Below, in pieces: positions 9,976 to 22,495 of a stretch of 64,000 nt of DNA (its first letter is position 1; the number at the start of each line of letters is the position of its first letter). The notes below the pieces were generated by a model. That model saw only the letters and a program-made list of their open reading frames with translations, was not told where the DNA came from and made no database searches. A program made the position numbers and the translations under genes. The stretch comes from Eledone cirrhosa (lineage: Eukaryota), in contig OZ024745.1 in assembly GCA_964016885.1 (NCBI GenBank), positions 101,866,001-101,930,000 of the forward strand. The letters run 5' to 3'.

Positions 9976-12900
9976 CTTTATTAGCCACAGGGGCACAAAA
10001 GAAGGGGACAAATACAAATGGGGAAGTTTACATACAATAAAAATGTGTAAAATATTATCACAAATGCAATTTAAAAATTAATCGATTTTTCCCAATAGGG
10101 GGAGACATTACATATGGGTAACACATACCCCTGAAAAAAAAATGTGCAACCCTCATCTTCAGGAGTACGAAGAGCTTGTACTCGTTTCCTCTCCTCTTTT
10201 TCCTCAACCTACAGGCTGATATAGAGAGAAGGCCCATTCACTCGGGCCATTCTCGCCACTTTCACCCACCTTTCATAAAACTTGCTGGGGTACAGCACCT
10301 CTCTCTCCATCCTGATTCTTCTTCCAAAGTGGTATTTGAAAAAAAGAATCAGTTGTTGGCCGGAGAGAAAGGTGTCTGACCTCAGCCCTTTCAACCTTGT
10401 CCACCATACAACCTCTTTCGCCATAGCTATCACACAAAGAAAACCGCCTATCCTTCGTTTTTGAAGGAGGGTGGCGGTTTGATCATGATAATGGACTCGG
10501 TGGTCAACTGGATTGGTCCCACCCGCGACAATAGTCGTTCTACATAGCCCCACAGGTCGGTAACGCCTGAGCAGTGTATGAATGCGTGGGCAACGGTTTC
10601 TTCGTCTCGTACACACCTCGGACAGATCTTTTTTGCAGGGTCCCTGCCCGGGCGCCCATGTCTGTAGAGCTTGTCTCGAACTGGTAGAGCTCCTCGGTAG
10701 CACTGCCAGGCCAGGGACTTTTGGAAGTTGTCCATCGGTCACGGGCGGAAGGTCCTACCGAACAGACTGGCCAGTTTGTCTCCCTCTACGCCCAGAGTTT
10801 CACCATGCACGTCGTCACACTTGCTGCGGGTCAACCCTCTATAGAATGACGAAGTGGAGTCTCCACTGATCGCCGGGTCCACCTGCCAGAGGGCTGTGAG
10901 TGCCTGAGCACATTCGATGGGCCAGTCGCCCATTTTCCTCGGTCTTTGCTTGACCCAGGACTGCAACTCGGTCAGCGAAAAGAGTAGTGGGAAGGCTCGC
11001 CTCACGAATGGTGCCCACACCGGTTATCCGGTGGGGAATACGTAGAGATGCCGCAGCCTGAACGTGTATTTGCGCATCGTCAGCCATGGCATCCCCAGCC
11101 CTCCGTTGGAAGGGCGTTGGCAGCAGATGGATCTTCTCACCAAAGGAGCCCGCCTCTTCCAAAGGAATTGGAAGAGCGCGCGCTCCATTTTGGCGAGCGT
11201 TTTGATTGGACAAGGCACGACGGTCAAGCGGTAGTAGATGGCGGACGCTATAAAAGTTTTCGCCACCTCCGCTTGACCTTTCAATTATAGTTCACACTCG
11301 GCCCACTTCTGGGTGAATCAAACACCTTGGCCGACACCTTGTTCCAGTTCTTCTCCACCTGGAGGTCCGGACCAAACCTGACCCCGAGCAGCTTTACTGG
11401 TCCTTCCGTCCAGCGTCCGACGACGCCATCGGAACCCATCGGTTTGCCTCTACACGATCCGAGTTGCAAACCGATGGACTTGTCCCGGTTCAGCTTCGCT
11501 CCTGTGAACCTTTCGTATTCCTTCAGTAAGGTGCCGACTTACTCGATCTGCGAGGCGCTCGACACCAATACTGAAACGTCGTCGGCATAGGCCGACGCCG
11601 CTTTCCGCAGTCCCGGTTCCAGAGGGATGCCCTGCAATAGCTCCAACTTCCTCAGTAGTGGCTCGAAAGTCAATACGTACAGAAGGGAGGAGAGAGTGCA
11701 TCCCTGTCGAATGGATCGCGTGATATGGAACCGCTCCGAGAGGTAGCCGTTCACCTTAACCCTTGAGCAGATGTTACTGTTATGCATCGCAGCAATCCAG
11801 CCCCTGACACGGTTCCGAAGCCTGCCGCCTCGAGCACTGCATCCAGGTAACGATGGTCAACCCTATCGAAAGCCTTAGACTGATCCAAGTTGATCAGGGC
11901 CCCACCGAAGCCGAGTTTACACCCTACCCTCTCTATGATGTATCGCATGAGGTGGAGGTTGTCGTGTATGAACCTGGTCGGGATTGCGCATGTCTGCGCT
12001 TCTCCCACCAGGTTTTCGACGACAAGCGCCAGCCTCTTTTTCAACACCTTGGCCAAAATCTGTAACTCCGTGTTTAGCAGAGTTATGGGCCGGAAGTTGC
12101 CTATGCCATCCCACTTATTCTCGTCCTTCCTGACTAGTGTGACTACGCCCCCGGTCACAAAACTGGGAATTCTCCCGTTCTGTTGCCAGTTGCAGAAGAC
12201 CGGAGAATAAGTCCGGCATTGCTACGTAAAATTCGTCGGGTAGACCGTCGAGACCTGGAGATTTGCGTTTGCCGCATTGGCTCAACGTGTCCCCTATCTC
12301 AGCGGCTGAAATCGGCTTTTCGCAGAACATTGCCTCGCTGTCCGAGAGTCGTGGTAGGCCGTTCAGGTATGGGCCTAAATCCATAGCCCCTCCCGGCGCG
12401 CTGCCCTGCCCGAACAGCTGAGCAAAGTGCCACTGAAAGGCCGCACACATCTGCTTCGGCTCACGTATCACGCGTCCATTTTGGTCCTTCAAAGACGGAA
12501 TCGTGAACTTGTTGCCACTTTTTGCCTCCGTCACTCGAGCCCAGTCAACAGCTTTGGCTCCATCGTTTCCCAGAGCACGTATTTTGCTTCTGACAACACA
12601 GCCCTCATGCTTTGTGTCGAAGAACTGGTTCAAGGCCGTTCTCATTGCTAGCACGCTGGCTATGTTGCCACTTCTAATTGCCTCTTCTACTTTATCTACC
12701 AGTTCTTTCTCGGTTCTATTTCTATCTAACGCTAATTCTTTACTAAAAACTAACGAGTCTAATCTAACTACCCTCTTGATAGAGTACCACCATCTGTTGT
12801 TGACAATGGCCCTGTCAAGCGCTGTTTAACTAAAGTGCTAATCCATCTACTGCAGGCTTTGCATGTCGGTAACAACAAGTTCAGCTTCCAGTAGCCGGGT

Positions 12901-13333
12901 CCTTGTCTATGGGTTCTATCAAGGTTGACCATGCAGGTCACTAGTTTGTGATCTGAATAGGCAACCATGAACATTTGTGGACAGCTTAACATGTCCCTAT
13001 CCTTATTTCTAACTAGAACCCTATCTAGGTACGATCTAGATGTTCCGCTGAAATTAGTCCACGTCCACAGTGGCACAGTCGGAAAATCTAGTCGATATCT
13101 ATCGGCCAGGTCAAATCGGCCAATTAACTGTTTGAGGATGTTACACCCCCCTTTATCGGGACATGCTCCCACATAGTTCAACGTGTATCTAGGATTCTAT
13201 TTCAGTCCCTCACTAAAAGCAAGGAGCGGGACGTTGCCAGAAAAGTCTCTAGACGTTTGAAGAAGTCTGGCCATGGTGTCCCGGATGGGGCATATGCGGC
13301 CACCAGCCTGATGGCTCCACCTTCACTACCGTC
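9974..13333 (-). mobile_element. 5'-truncated Tx1/L1-clade LINE, ORF2 (APE endonuclease + RT + C-terminal Cys motif) broken by frameshifts
   Basis: Minus ORFs: SYLDRVLV/YSDHK/GPGYWKLN (APE), KSPGLDGLP, NFRPITLLN, DQSKAFDRVDH, RQGC.LS, AYADD, CPRC...ETVAHAFIHC; AATAAA just before the (TA)n at the 3' end. Confidence 0.92.
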
Positions 13334-13535
13334 AACGAGCCAGAACATATATAATGAAGGTTTAGCAAATAAGATAAAGTTTCAAAATAAATTTTAAAAA
13401 ATTAACTGTACTTACTATGGTTACCTTTACCGAGTCGGTTTCGATTCTCAAAAATAAACGGAGTCCATACGGCCTTCGTTATTTTGAAACTTTATCTTAT
13501 TTGCTAAACCTTCATTATATATGTTCTGGCTCGTT
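13334..13535. repeat. Perfect 57-bp inverted repeat with 88-bp spacer at the LINE 5' truncation point
   Basis: AACGAGCCAGAACATATATAATGAAGGTTTAGCAAATAAGATAAAGTTTCAAAATAA (13334-13390) vs 13479-13535. Confidence 0.9.
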
Positions 13536-13625
13536 AATTTATTAACCTGCCATTGAACCACATTGGCATATGGTTGGACAATACATGTGTATCTTAGCGC
13601 CTTGTGCGTGTAGGAACACATATCC

Positions 13626-13669
<44 letters not shown>

Positions 13670-13790
13670 ATATATATATGTGTATAAATATATATATATA
13701 TATACATATAATATTTAATTTGAAGACTAAAATCCAAAGAGGGCACGATAAGGATAAATATATATCAAATTTATACGAACTGTAGAGCAA

Positions 13791-14796
13791 ATATTTATTA
13801 AAATAACAGATTAAAGTTTAAGCAAAGAATCGCTGCTTTCAACCATAACGGGATCTTCTGAAACTAAAAAAATCAATCTGTGAACGCAGAAGTAAATATT
13901 TCAAAAAACGTAGCAACCGAAGGAAGACAAGAAGACGATACTTTTGTTCGTGGAAATGTTCCCTGGCAAAGAACGGAAAAAAACGAAGATAACACGTCAT
14001 TATTTGGAGCGGTGAAAACAATTACACGCAAAGACAAAACCACGTTTATGGTATAAATGCAGTCGTAGACTAATATTCTATTAGGTGGTTCGTGGAGACG
14101 TTCTTTGGCAAATTGATAAAACGAAGATAATACGTCATGCGGAGCGGTGAGAACAATTACACGCAAAGACAAAACCACGTATATGGTATAACTGAGCTCG
14201 TTTTTTTGTGTACGTGCTTGTATTTGCATACCTATGACGAGTATTGTCGCATTTGCTTGTGTATGTATGTATATGGATGCGTGCAGGCATATATTTAATT
14301 TCAATTACCTCTGTAATTTATTTACTTTATTCTTAACTCTGTAGCCGAGAATCATTTGGTTTCCTAAAAAGAATTTTAGTCTACGACTTCAGTTATACCA
14401 TTTACGTGGTTTTGTCTTTGCGTGTAATTGTTCTCACCACTCCACATAATGACGTATTATCTTCATTTTATCAGTTTGCCAAAGAACGTCTCCACGAACC
14501 ACCTAATAGAATATTAGTCTACGACTTCATTTATACCATAAACATGGTTTTGTCTTTGTGTGTAATTGTTTACATCGCTCCAAATAATGACGTATTATCT
14601 TCGTTTTTTTCCGTTCTTTGCCAGAGAACATTTCTACGAACAAAAGTATCGTCTTTCTGTCTTCCTTCGGTTGCTACGTTTTTTGAAATATTTACTTCTG
14701 CATTCACAGATTGATTTTTTTTAGTTTCAGAAGATCTCGTTAAGGGTGAAAGCACCGATTATTTGCTTAAATTTTAATCTATATTTTAATAAATAT
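13791..14796. mobile_element. Fold-back element with ~400-bp inverted arms, each holding two tandem ~130-bp subunits
   Basis: Arms ~13791-14195 and ~14390-14796; mirrored ORFs 13873-14304(-) and 14406-14714(+) translate almost identically; related end fragment at ~62114-62255. Confidence 0.85.
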
Positions 14797-14805
14797 ATAT
14801 ATATA

Positions 14806-15145
14806 TCATCATCATCATCATTCATTTTACGTCCGCTTTTCCCTGCTTGCAAGGGTGGGACGGTAACTGATGCTGGCTTGATTTCTACAGCTGGATGCCC
14901 TTCCTAACACCAACCTCATTTACAGTGAGTGCTGGGTGCTTTTTTGCCGTGGCACCTTCACAACCACTTTGCAGTGGTATGATAGGGACCCCAGTCCCTA
15001 TCATCTCATTTCTACAGCTGAATAAACTGGAGCAATGTGAAATAAAGTGTCTTGCTCAAGGAAACAACACATCACCCGGTCTGAGAATTGAACTCACAAC
15101 CTTTCGATTGCAAGGCCAATGCTCTAACCACTAAGCCATGTGCCT

Positions 15146-15149
<4 letters not shown>
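14806..15149 (-). mobile_element. Full-length tRNA-derived SINE with RTE 3' end
   Basis: Close copy of 7681-8019. Confidence 0.85.
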
Positions 15150-15191
<42 letters not shown>

Positions 15192-15477
15192 ATGTGTGTG
15201 TATGTATGTATATATATATAACATTGATAGGTTTCAGCCAGTATTGACCTAGGCCATGTCTAACTTAATAACATCACCTGGCGACGTCTTTCAAATAAGA
15301 TTTGGGAACCATGGCCCACTCAAGTAGGGAGTTATTGTTTACAGAGGCATATCCGTAGGAGGTTTATCCGGGATTTCTTGAAGGAATTTGTCCAAAGACT
15401 TCTTGAATTTGGTGGGGGTCTGAACCTTTTATACCTAGAAAACCGTAAATTTAATATGAAAGACCATAAAAGAAACT

Positions 15478-16250
15478 TTGAAGTTGAACTACCAGTTAAA
15501 CCCATCTAATTCTGATTTAGGAATAATTAGCAAACATATACTAGATAGGATTATACCAATACTTAAGCAAAAATCACACCTTAAACTATGGAACGGTACA
15601 AATGAAGTAATAAATTGGTTTGTAGACATTAAATTAAAACAAGAAAAAATTTATACAAATGGATATTGCTAATTACTACTCCTCAATTACCCTAACTTAC
15701 TTAATAAGGCACTTATGCTTCAAAATATATGGACTTATCTAGTGAAGAAATAAATATCATTTTAACCGCACACAAAACACTAATTTATATTTAATAACCA
15801 TCTCTGGACAAGGGCTAACAGACAAAACAATATCGACATCACAATGGGATCATTTGACTCAGCTCAAGTAACAGACCTTGTTGGAATATTTATTCTTAAT
15901 GTACTACATAGAAAAATGCCAGAGATGGCTGGAGCTTTATATTTCGACAATATGTTACTTTTAGTCAAAAACCGTAGCAATAGCGAACTTAATAGGAAAA
16001 AGAAATCTATCATAGAATTTTTCAATAATTACAACCTTAAATTAGAAATTGAGAATAATAATAAAACTGTTAACTTCTTAGATGTAACTTTAAACCTTAG
16101 CTCAGGTCTATATCACCCTTTCCATAAGATTAATGAAAACCTAAACTATGTAAGCTTCCATTCTAACCATCCTAGATATGTAAAAAATACTAGTGTCAAT
16201 AGTGTCCAGCAACGAATTTCACGCATTTCAGCTAATAAGAATATTTTTGA
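15478..16250 (+). pseudogene. Penelope-like reverse transcriptase (frameshifted)
   Basis: ORFs 15478-15672 and 15844-16254 carry PLE RT motifs. Confidence 0.85.
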
Positions 16251-17146
16251 CTAGCAGTGGTACCCGGTGTTGCACGCCAACAGACCTAATCGTGGAAAAA
16301 CTGCATGCCTGGACAATATGTAAAGAAAATAAACCGAATACTCTGATGGCTGGATAATCTTTAAGATTTTCCTCGATGAAGCAGGAAAAATGCAGGTTTT
16401 CACCTAATGCGGGCCCTAGGGGATCAAGAAAATTAATTTTTTGTATGTGCATAATATGCCTTTAAATTTCGGGAAAATTGGATAGATGTAACGCCTCCAA
16501 AAAGCCCTAAGAAGCTGAAAAAATGAAGTTTTTCACCTAATGCGGGCCCTAGGCCATAAGAAAGTTGGATTTTCTTTGCTTACGGTATGAAGAAGAGACT
16601 AACTAATACATAGTTACAATTTCAAGGAAATCAGTCCGACGTAACGCCTAAAAAAACCCTAAAAATCTTTAAAAACGTAGTTTTTCAACCAATGCGGGCC
16701 CTAGGGGATCAAAAAGTTGAATTTTATGTGCATAACACTCCCTGAAACATAAGTAATACACATGTAAAGTTTGAAAAAAATCGGTTGGGTACTTCTTGAG
16801 TTTTAGCATTTCAAACTCACAGACACACACACATACAGACAGACATCCTCAGGGAAGTGACGTAATGCAGACAGTCAGACATACAGACAGATATTATAAG
16901 GGCGTGACGTTATATGTATGTATCTATCTAAAAAGAGAAAGGCTAAGAATTATAGAGCAAGATCGCTAAATCGGCTAACCCCGTTCCTAGGGCATTGACA
17001 ATTTAACATTTTTTTGGCTCAGAGCACTCCCTGAAACATAAGTATTACATGTGTAAAGTTTGAAAACAGTCGGTTGGGTGGTTCTCGAGTTTTAGGGATT
17101 CAAACTCTCACACACACAGACAGACATCCTCAGTTTTATATATAGA
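16251..17146 (-). mobile_element. Non-autonomous Helitron inserted in the PLE ORF
   Basis: Minus strand begins TCTATATATAAAAC with (CTGT/GT)n and ends ...CTGCTAG; inserted between A and T with no TSD; removing it restores the frame IFD-NKAEYYNDALRRVGY. Confidence 0.9.
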
Positions 17147-17478
17147 TAACAAGGCAGAATATTACAATGATGCTTTACGTAGAGTTGGCTACATGAGTAA
17201 AATTAAATACTTAGATAACAATAACATGCAAAATCATCCTGAAATTCACTATAATAATAATAATAATAATAATAATAAGCAATTTAACATAAATAGTAAA
17301 TCAAACAAAAGAACTAGAACTAGAAATATTATTTCGTACTCTTCCCCCATTCTCGATAGACGTTAAAACACCTGTAGCAAACCAATTTTTCAAAGCATTA
17401 GATAAATATTTTCCTAAATCCCATATATACCATTCTATTTTTAACAGACATACTATTAAACTATCTTACTCTACTACG

Positions 17479-18060
17479 ATGAACATAGCACAAAATATAA
17501 ATAGAATTAATAATAGAAACTTAAATTTAAACCCAAACCAAATAAACGAACATAACAATATTAATATTACTAATAACAGTATTAATACTAATAATAATAG
17601 TACCGTTCATAGTAATAATAATTCTGGAAAATGTAACTGTAGAGACGATTCAAATTGCCCTTTACAGAATAATTGCCTAGATAAAAACTTAGTATACAAA
17701 TGCACAGTAAAAACTAGAGATAAAATATATAACTATATAGGAGCCACTTCTACAAAATTTAAAGAACGCTGGTATAATCACAAACATACTTTTAATAGAT
17801 CCGATAAAAAATGTTCTACATCACTTTCACATCTAATTTGGTACTTAAAGTACAATAATATTGACTATTCAATCTCTTGGGGAATGATTTCGAAAGTGCC
17901 CGCATACCGAAATATGGCTCTCTCAAGAATTTGTAATTTATGTATTGAAGAAATATTTTATATACTTACCTGCCAAAACTCTATTAACAAAAAGAAAGAA
18001 ATATTCAGTTCTAGTAGACATTGCCAAAGAATGACTTTCAGAAGTATCTTTAATCTATAG
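17479..18060 (+). pseudogene. GIY-YIG endonuclease domain of the Penelope-like element
   Basis: KCNCRDDSNCPLQNNCLDKNLVYKCTV...YIGATSTKFKERWYNHK...CNLCIEE. Confidence 0.88.
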
Positions 18061-19384
18061 AATATATTTCACTTGTTTACATTTTATATGTCTTCACTAT
18101 GTTTTTGTCGAGATTTTGTGGTGATTTTTAAATGATATTTTTCTTTTTACCTAATATTTTTCAAATGATATCCTTTTTAATGGTTTTCAATGATATTTTG
18201 GAATATATATTTTTTGTGATAATTTTGATAATGTTTCTAGATATACTTATGATGTCTGTAATAATATTTTTTCACTATATAAAATTTAACACATATATAA
18301 AAGAATTCTCAACTTTGAAAACATCTAATATAAAATACCTTATAATCATATACAAAATAATATATTAAATTTTCCTACTTATATTCCACATATATCTTAA
18401 TTGTATATTTCTTTAAAATTAAACTCTAGAATTAAATGACAAATGTAACATAATTATTTTAACTAAGAAACATGTGAGTTATCTTTTCCTTTATTATGTA
18501 ACATGCTTAAACATTCCTTCTACGTAAAAACTAAACTTTACATAAATATTTATTTTCGTTGACTTGATATATTTTTTGTGAATGTTTCCTATCCTGATTG
18601 AACTATCTGAATGTACAAAATAATCTTCTCAAATAAAATGTATAACTATGTCCTTTTCTTAACTATATATTGAAAATGTAAACACAAAATTCTTCATAAC
18701 CCTTAACATATATAAAAAATATTTAAATTATCTATCTAGTGAAAATAACAACATATATCCTCACCAAAAATATTTATATAAATACTTATATAAATAACCC
18801 ATTGTAATATAATAAACTAAAATATACTTACAACCTTAAAATATACTTATAAATATTATCTATATAATATTATAACTCATGATTTGAATAGATCCAATAA
18901 TTTGTTGAATATCTCAATTTTTTTTTAATTTTAAATTGTTATTTTACCACTTCAACACATTCTTAACTCTCGTATTATTTTATAGATACTACCAAAATAT
19001 ATGATTATATAATTAAATAATTAAATATAATTATATCACTCTCTTTACACCATTACTGATATGATCCATACAATTTTATCTTAATAATAATAGTGTATTT
19101 CTAACTATAATATTTTCTTATAATCATTCCTTAAATTTCTTTACACCATCATATTAATATTAGCCTCTCTTTTTTCCTTTTATAAATTATCCTTATAAAT
19201 TATCCTAATAATTATTTAAATTTACCTAGCGTCTAAATATAACGATCTTTTTCCAGCCTTACGTTTCAACCTCATTTACATATTCATCCTAAGGATTTGA
19301 AATTTTTCTTTCACTATCCAAACTGAACCTGAACCGATAAGGTCAGGTTTCTTGGGTATGTCACTATTTATAAAACAAATTTTG

Positions 19385-19445
19385 TATTTTATCTGATGAG
19401 AACATACCAAAATATTGGTACTCTTGAAATATATATAATAAAATA
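19385..19445 (+). ncRNA. Type-I hammerhead ribozyme at the 3' end of the Penelope-like element
   Basis: TATTTTAT-CTGATGA-GAACATACCAA AATA TTGGTACTCTT-GAAA-TATATA-TA-ATAAAATA. Confidence 0.85.
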
Positions 19446-20657
19446 AATATGGTTTTATAAATATAGTTTCCATTTATTAATATATACACGCACACGCACA
19501 CACACACACACTCACATAGATATATATCATCATTATCGTCACCATTTATCATCCATTTTCCCATGCTAGCATGGGTTAGACGAATTGTCCTATTGTGAGA
19601 CAAGTTCGATTAGGTGACCGTGTCTTACTCATAAAGAACCGTTTCTAGCTTGATTTCTATGGCGAGATGCCTTTCCTAACACTAACCACGTTTACACTGT
19701 GTACTTGGTGCTTCACACACACACACACACACACTCACACAGACACAGTGAGAGAGAAATATGTGTGTGTGTGTGTGTTAGACACCACAAGGCTACAATA
19801 GAAGACTCTTACCCTTGCTGTGGAATCAAATCTGAAACCACGTGGTTGTGATATAAACTTCTGTTTTGTAAAGAAATGGTTGATAAAAATTCTAAAGTAA
19901 TCTATTGAACTAAACTTCTTACTTCTCAAATATATTTATATATTTATTGGCTGCTACACTTTTAGCGATACTTTAGAATAAACTTTGACTTGCAAATTTT
20001 ATGGACACTGTACATTCTAATTTGATGTTTGTTTCCCTACTACCAATTATTCACGCCACTCCTATTTCTGTGTGTGTTTATTGATTTATTATCTATACCG
20101 TCATAATTCATTGCATCTGACTATTGTTCCAAATGGCTTAGCATGGGAGGATGATGATAAGTTTTAACACCTTTTAACATATTGACAGCTGCAACTACTG
20201 TGACTATAAATCTGTATCAATTATATTCTGTTTCCTGATTGTTCCATTAACTTTATCTAGCATACACTATTAATGTTCTGCTTTATATCATAATCACCAA
20301 CCATCATCAAATTACTATACATCTATCATTAATCTATTCATATTTGTTTGTATTTGCTTTTCTTTCGGTTGTTTCCCTTAAGAGTATATTAGTATTCAAA
20401 AAAAAAAATAATAATAATAATGATAACGATGATAAATAAATAAAATAAATTTAGATAAAAAACAACTCAGTATCACAATGAACAGCTTGCAACATTATCA
20501 AAATGACAGTATATTTGCTCCTTTTCTAGATATTAACTAATGAAGTGCTGGCTATCTGCTAAAGTTAACTGTTACTCCAGGAACAGAAACTATAAAATTG
20601 TCTTTTATTGTAGATTAGCTATAATCAATGAAGAAATATTGAAATATAATTCCTTAA

Positions 20658-20845
20658 CCCTTTCATTACCATATTTCTAAATTTCTAATTAAAGATGCTG
20701 GCTGTAACTTTTAAATTATTTTGAAAATAAATCAAGAATTTTGGGGTATAAACTGAGTATAAACAAAGATTCTTACATAAAATTATGATGGAGGTTTCCT
20801 ATCATAGATTTAAGAGTGGTTTCATCTGGTTTCATGTAAAAAGAG
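20658..20845. mobile_element. piggyBac-type MITE (family B)
   Basis: TTAA|CCCTTTCAT...AAAAGAG|TTAA; related copies near 4089, 46921-47171, 50744. Confidence 0.6.
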
Positions 20846-22128
20846 TTAACAAAATATTTAGTAGAATGAATTAAAATGTTAGAAACTTTTTATAGTCATT
20901 GATATTGCTGCACTTTTAATTTAATATCAGTATTTGCTTTGTTTTTTTTTGTTGTTGTTGTTTAACTCCAAGTTAAACAGATTTATCAGCAAGACATTCT
21001 CACCATGACCATCCTGTCTTGTTTCAGATATATCATATCTGAAGCTAGTTTATTCAGTGTGTCCTTAAATACAATAGGTAGGAGATCCAGTTCTTGATAA
21101 ATTTTCCTTATGATTTAATTACTCATTTCCAATACCAGATTGGCAGTTAGGTTTCATCCATTTACAGTCGAGGTCCTTAAATGGAATCACAAATTCTATT
21201 CTGGAAGTTTCTTTTCTCACATATCTTGCCTTTTCCAGACCACTACAATTTGCAAAATTCAAATGCAATATCATCTTTCTCCTTGAATTATGTTTTCTGT
21301 CTTGTCCTGTTCCCTTCTTAAACCTGTTGCATTTTAGTAGCTTTATTGCCTTACTTGGGGAGAGGCAAAAAAGAAATTACGTATTAGAATATCATGACAT
21401 GCAATATGCTGACACAGCAGAATTGTTATTTTAAGTACTATCTACCTACAACTATTGTTGAATAGCAAAATAATTAGATTATTGTTATAAGAACAATAAG
21501 TCTTAATGGCAGTTTTAATATAGAAACCGATGTAGAAGAAAGCTTGATTTCTTACACTGAAAACAGTGCACTGTTTCAATTTCAGATTCTAAGTGCTTAA
21601 TGTTTTAGATGTGTTATTACTACTGATGGTTCTATCTGAGAAAACTTACTAGATTGTTATTTTATAACCATAAGAGTATTTCCTGTAGTGAAATGTAGTT
21701 TCATATGTTCAATTCTAGCTTAAGAGTATATATATAATACTATCATCATTATCATCATATATATATATATATATATATCATCAACATCACCATTTAACGT
21801 CCATTTTCCATACTTGCATGGGTTAAACAGGTCGGCGACATCATGAGACAAGTTAGACCAGTTGGCCACTTTGTACCTTGCTCAGATGGAACTGTAAATT
21901 TGGCTGGGATTTTTACAACTGGATGCCCTTCATAACACTATATATATATATATAATAAAAGAAAAAATGTTCGCTCTAACATGGCTGAATACAATAAATG
22001 TAATCTGAGTTTTTCAAATATTAATAATAACATTTGATTTGTTTGCAATTAGGCAAACAAGCCTCATTTTTAAAGCCATGTCAGTAGAATGAGCCCCTCA
22101 TTCTTGCTCTTGTGTTGGCATGTAAACA

Positions 22129-22179
22129 GAACTGCAGACACTAATGTTTCTGGGTATCACCCTTCATCAATACATCTCA
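22129..22179 (-). ncRNA. Degenerate hammerhead (left arm; core TTGATGA, 5' stem I mutated)
   Basis: Mirror of 22446-22495 with substitutions. Confidence 0.7.
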
Positions 22180-22445
22180 CTGTTCACCTGCCAACTGTCA
22201 GAGCTAGTGAAAATATATGCTATTTTCTAAAATATACAGTGACTTTTATCTGAATGTGGCAAAGCCGGCCATTTATCGCTCATTTACAGGAAACCGACTG
22301 GCCAGTCTGCTGATATGCAAATCTGGCTGATCAGTAGATCTGCTAATATGCAGATCTGACTGATCATATGCTGCTAATATGCAAATCAGTCACTGTATAT
22401 TTTAGAAAATAGCATATATTTTTCTAACTTTGGCAGGTGAACAGT

Positions 22446-22495
22446 GAACTGCACTGATGAAGGGTGATACCCAGAAACATTAGTGTCTGCAGTTC
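22446..22495 (+). ncRNA. Type-I hammerhead ribozyme with GUC cleavage triplet
   Basis: GAACTGCA-CTGATGA-A-GGGT GAT ACCC-A-GAAA-CA TTAG TG-TC-TGCAGTTC; 8-bp stem I; predicted cut after C22487. Confidence 0.9.

Larger units (their letters stand above)
15435..19480 (+). mobile_element. Penelope-like retroelement (Naiad-type), 5'-truncated and disrupted: RT + Asn-rich linker + GIY-YIG endonuclease + ~1.3-kb AT-rich 3' region + hammerhead-bearing pLTR
   Basis: KDHK, LNPSNSDLGIISK, MGSFDSAQVTDLVG, LYFDN (decayed YxDD), VNFLDVTLNL, SNHP; CNCR..CPL..CL, VY..YIG, FKERWYNH, CNLCIEE. Confidence 0.9.

Noticed and set aside
10176-13176. Plus-strand ORFs over the LINE (also over the RTE copies)
   Set aside because: Antisense shadow frames of the retroelement ORFs
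14725-14760. CAGAAGA...GAAA as a hammerhead
   Set aside because: Core U replaced by A, no clear NUH or stem I; not called as a ribozyme
17479-19380. Selenocysteine recoding, reported for some Naiad elements
   Set aside because: No in-frame TGA at Cys positions in the GIY-YIG frame and no SECIS recognisable by eye
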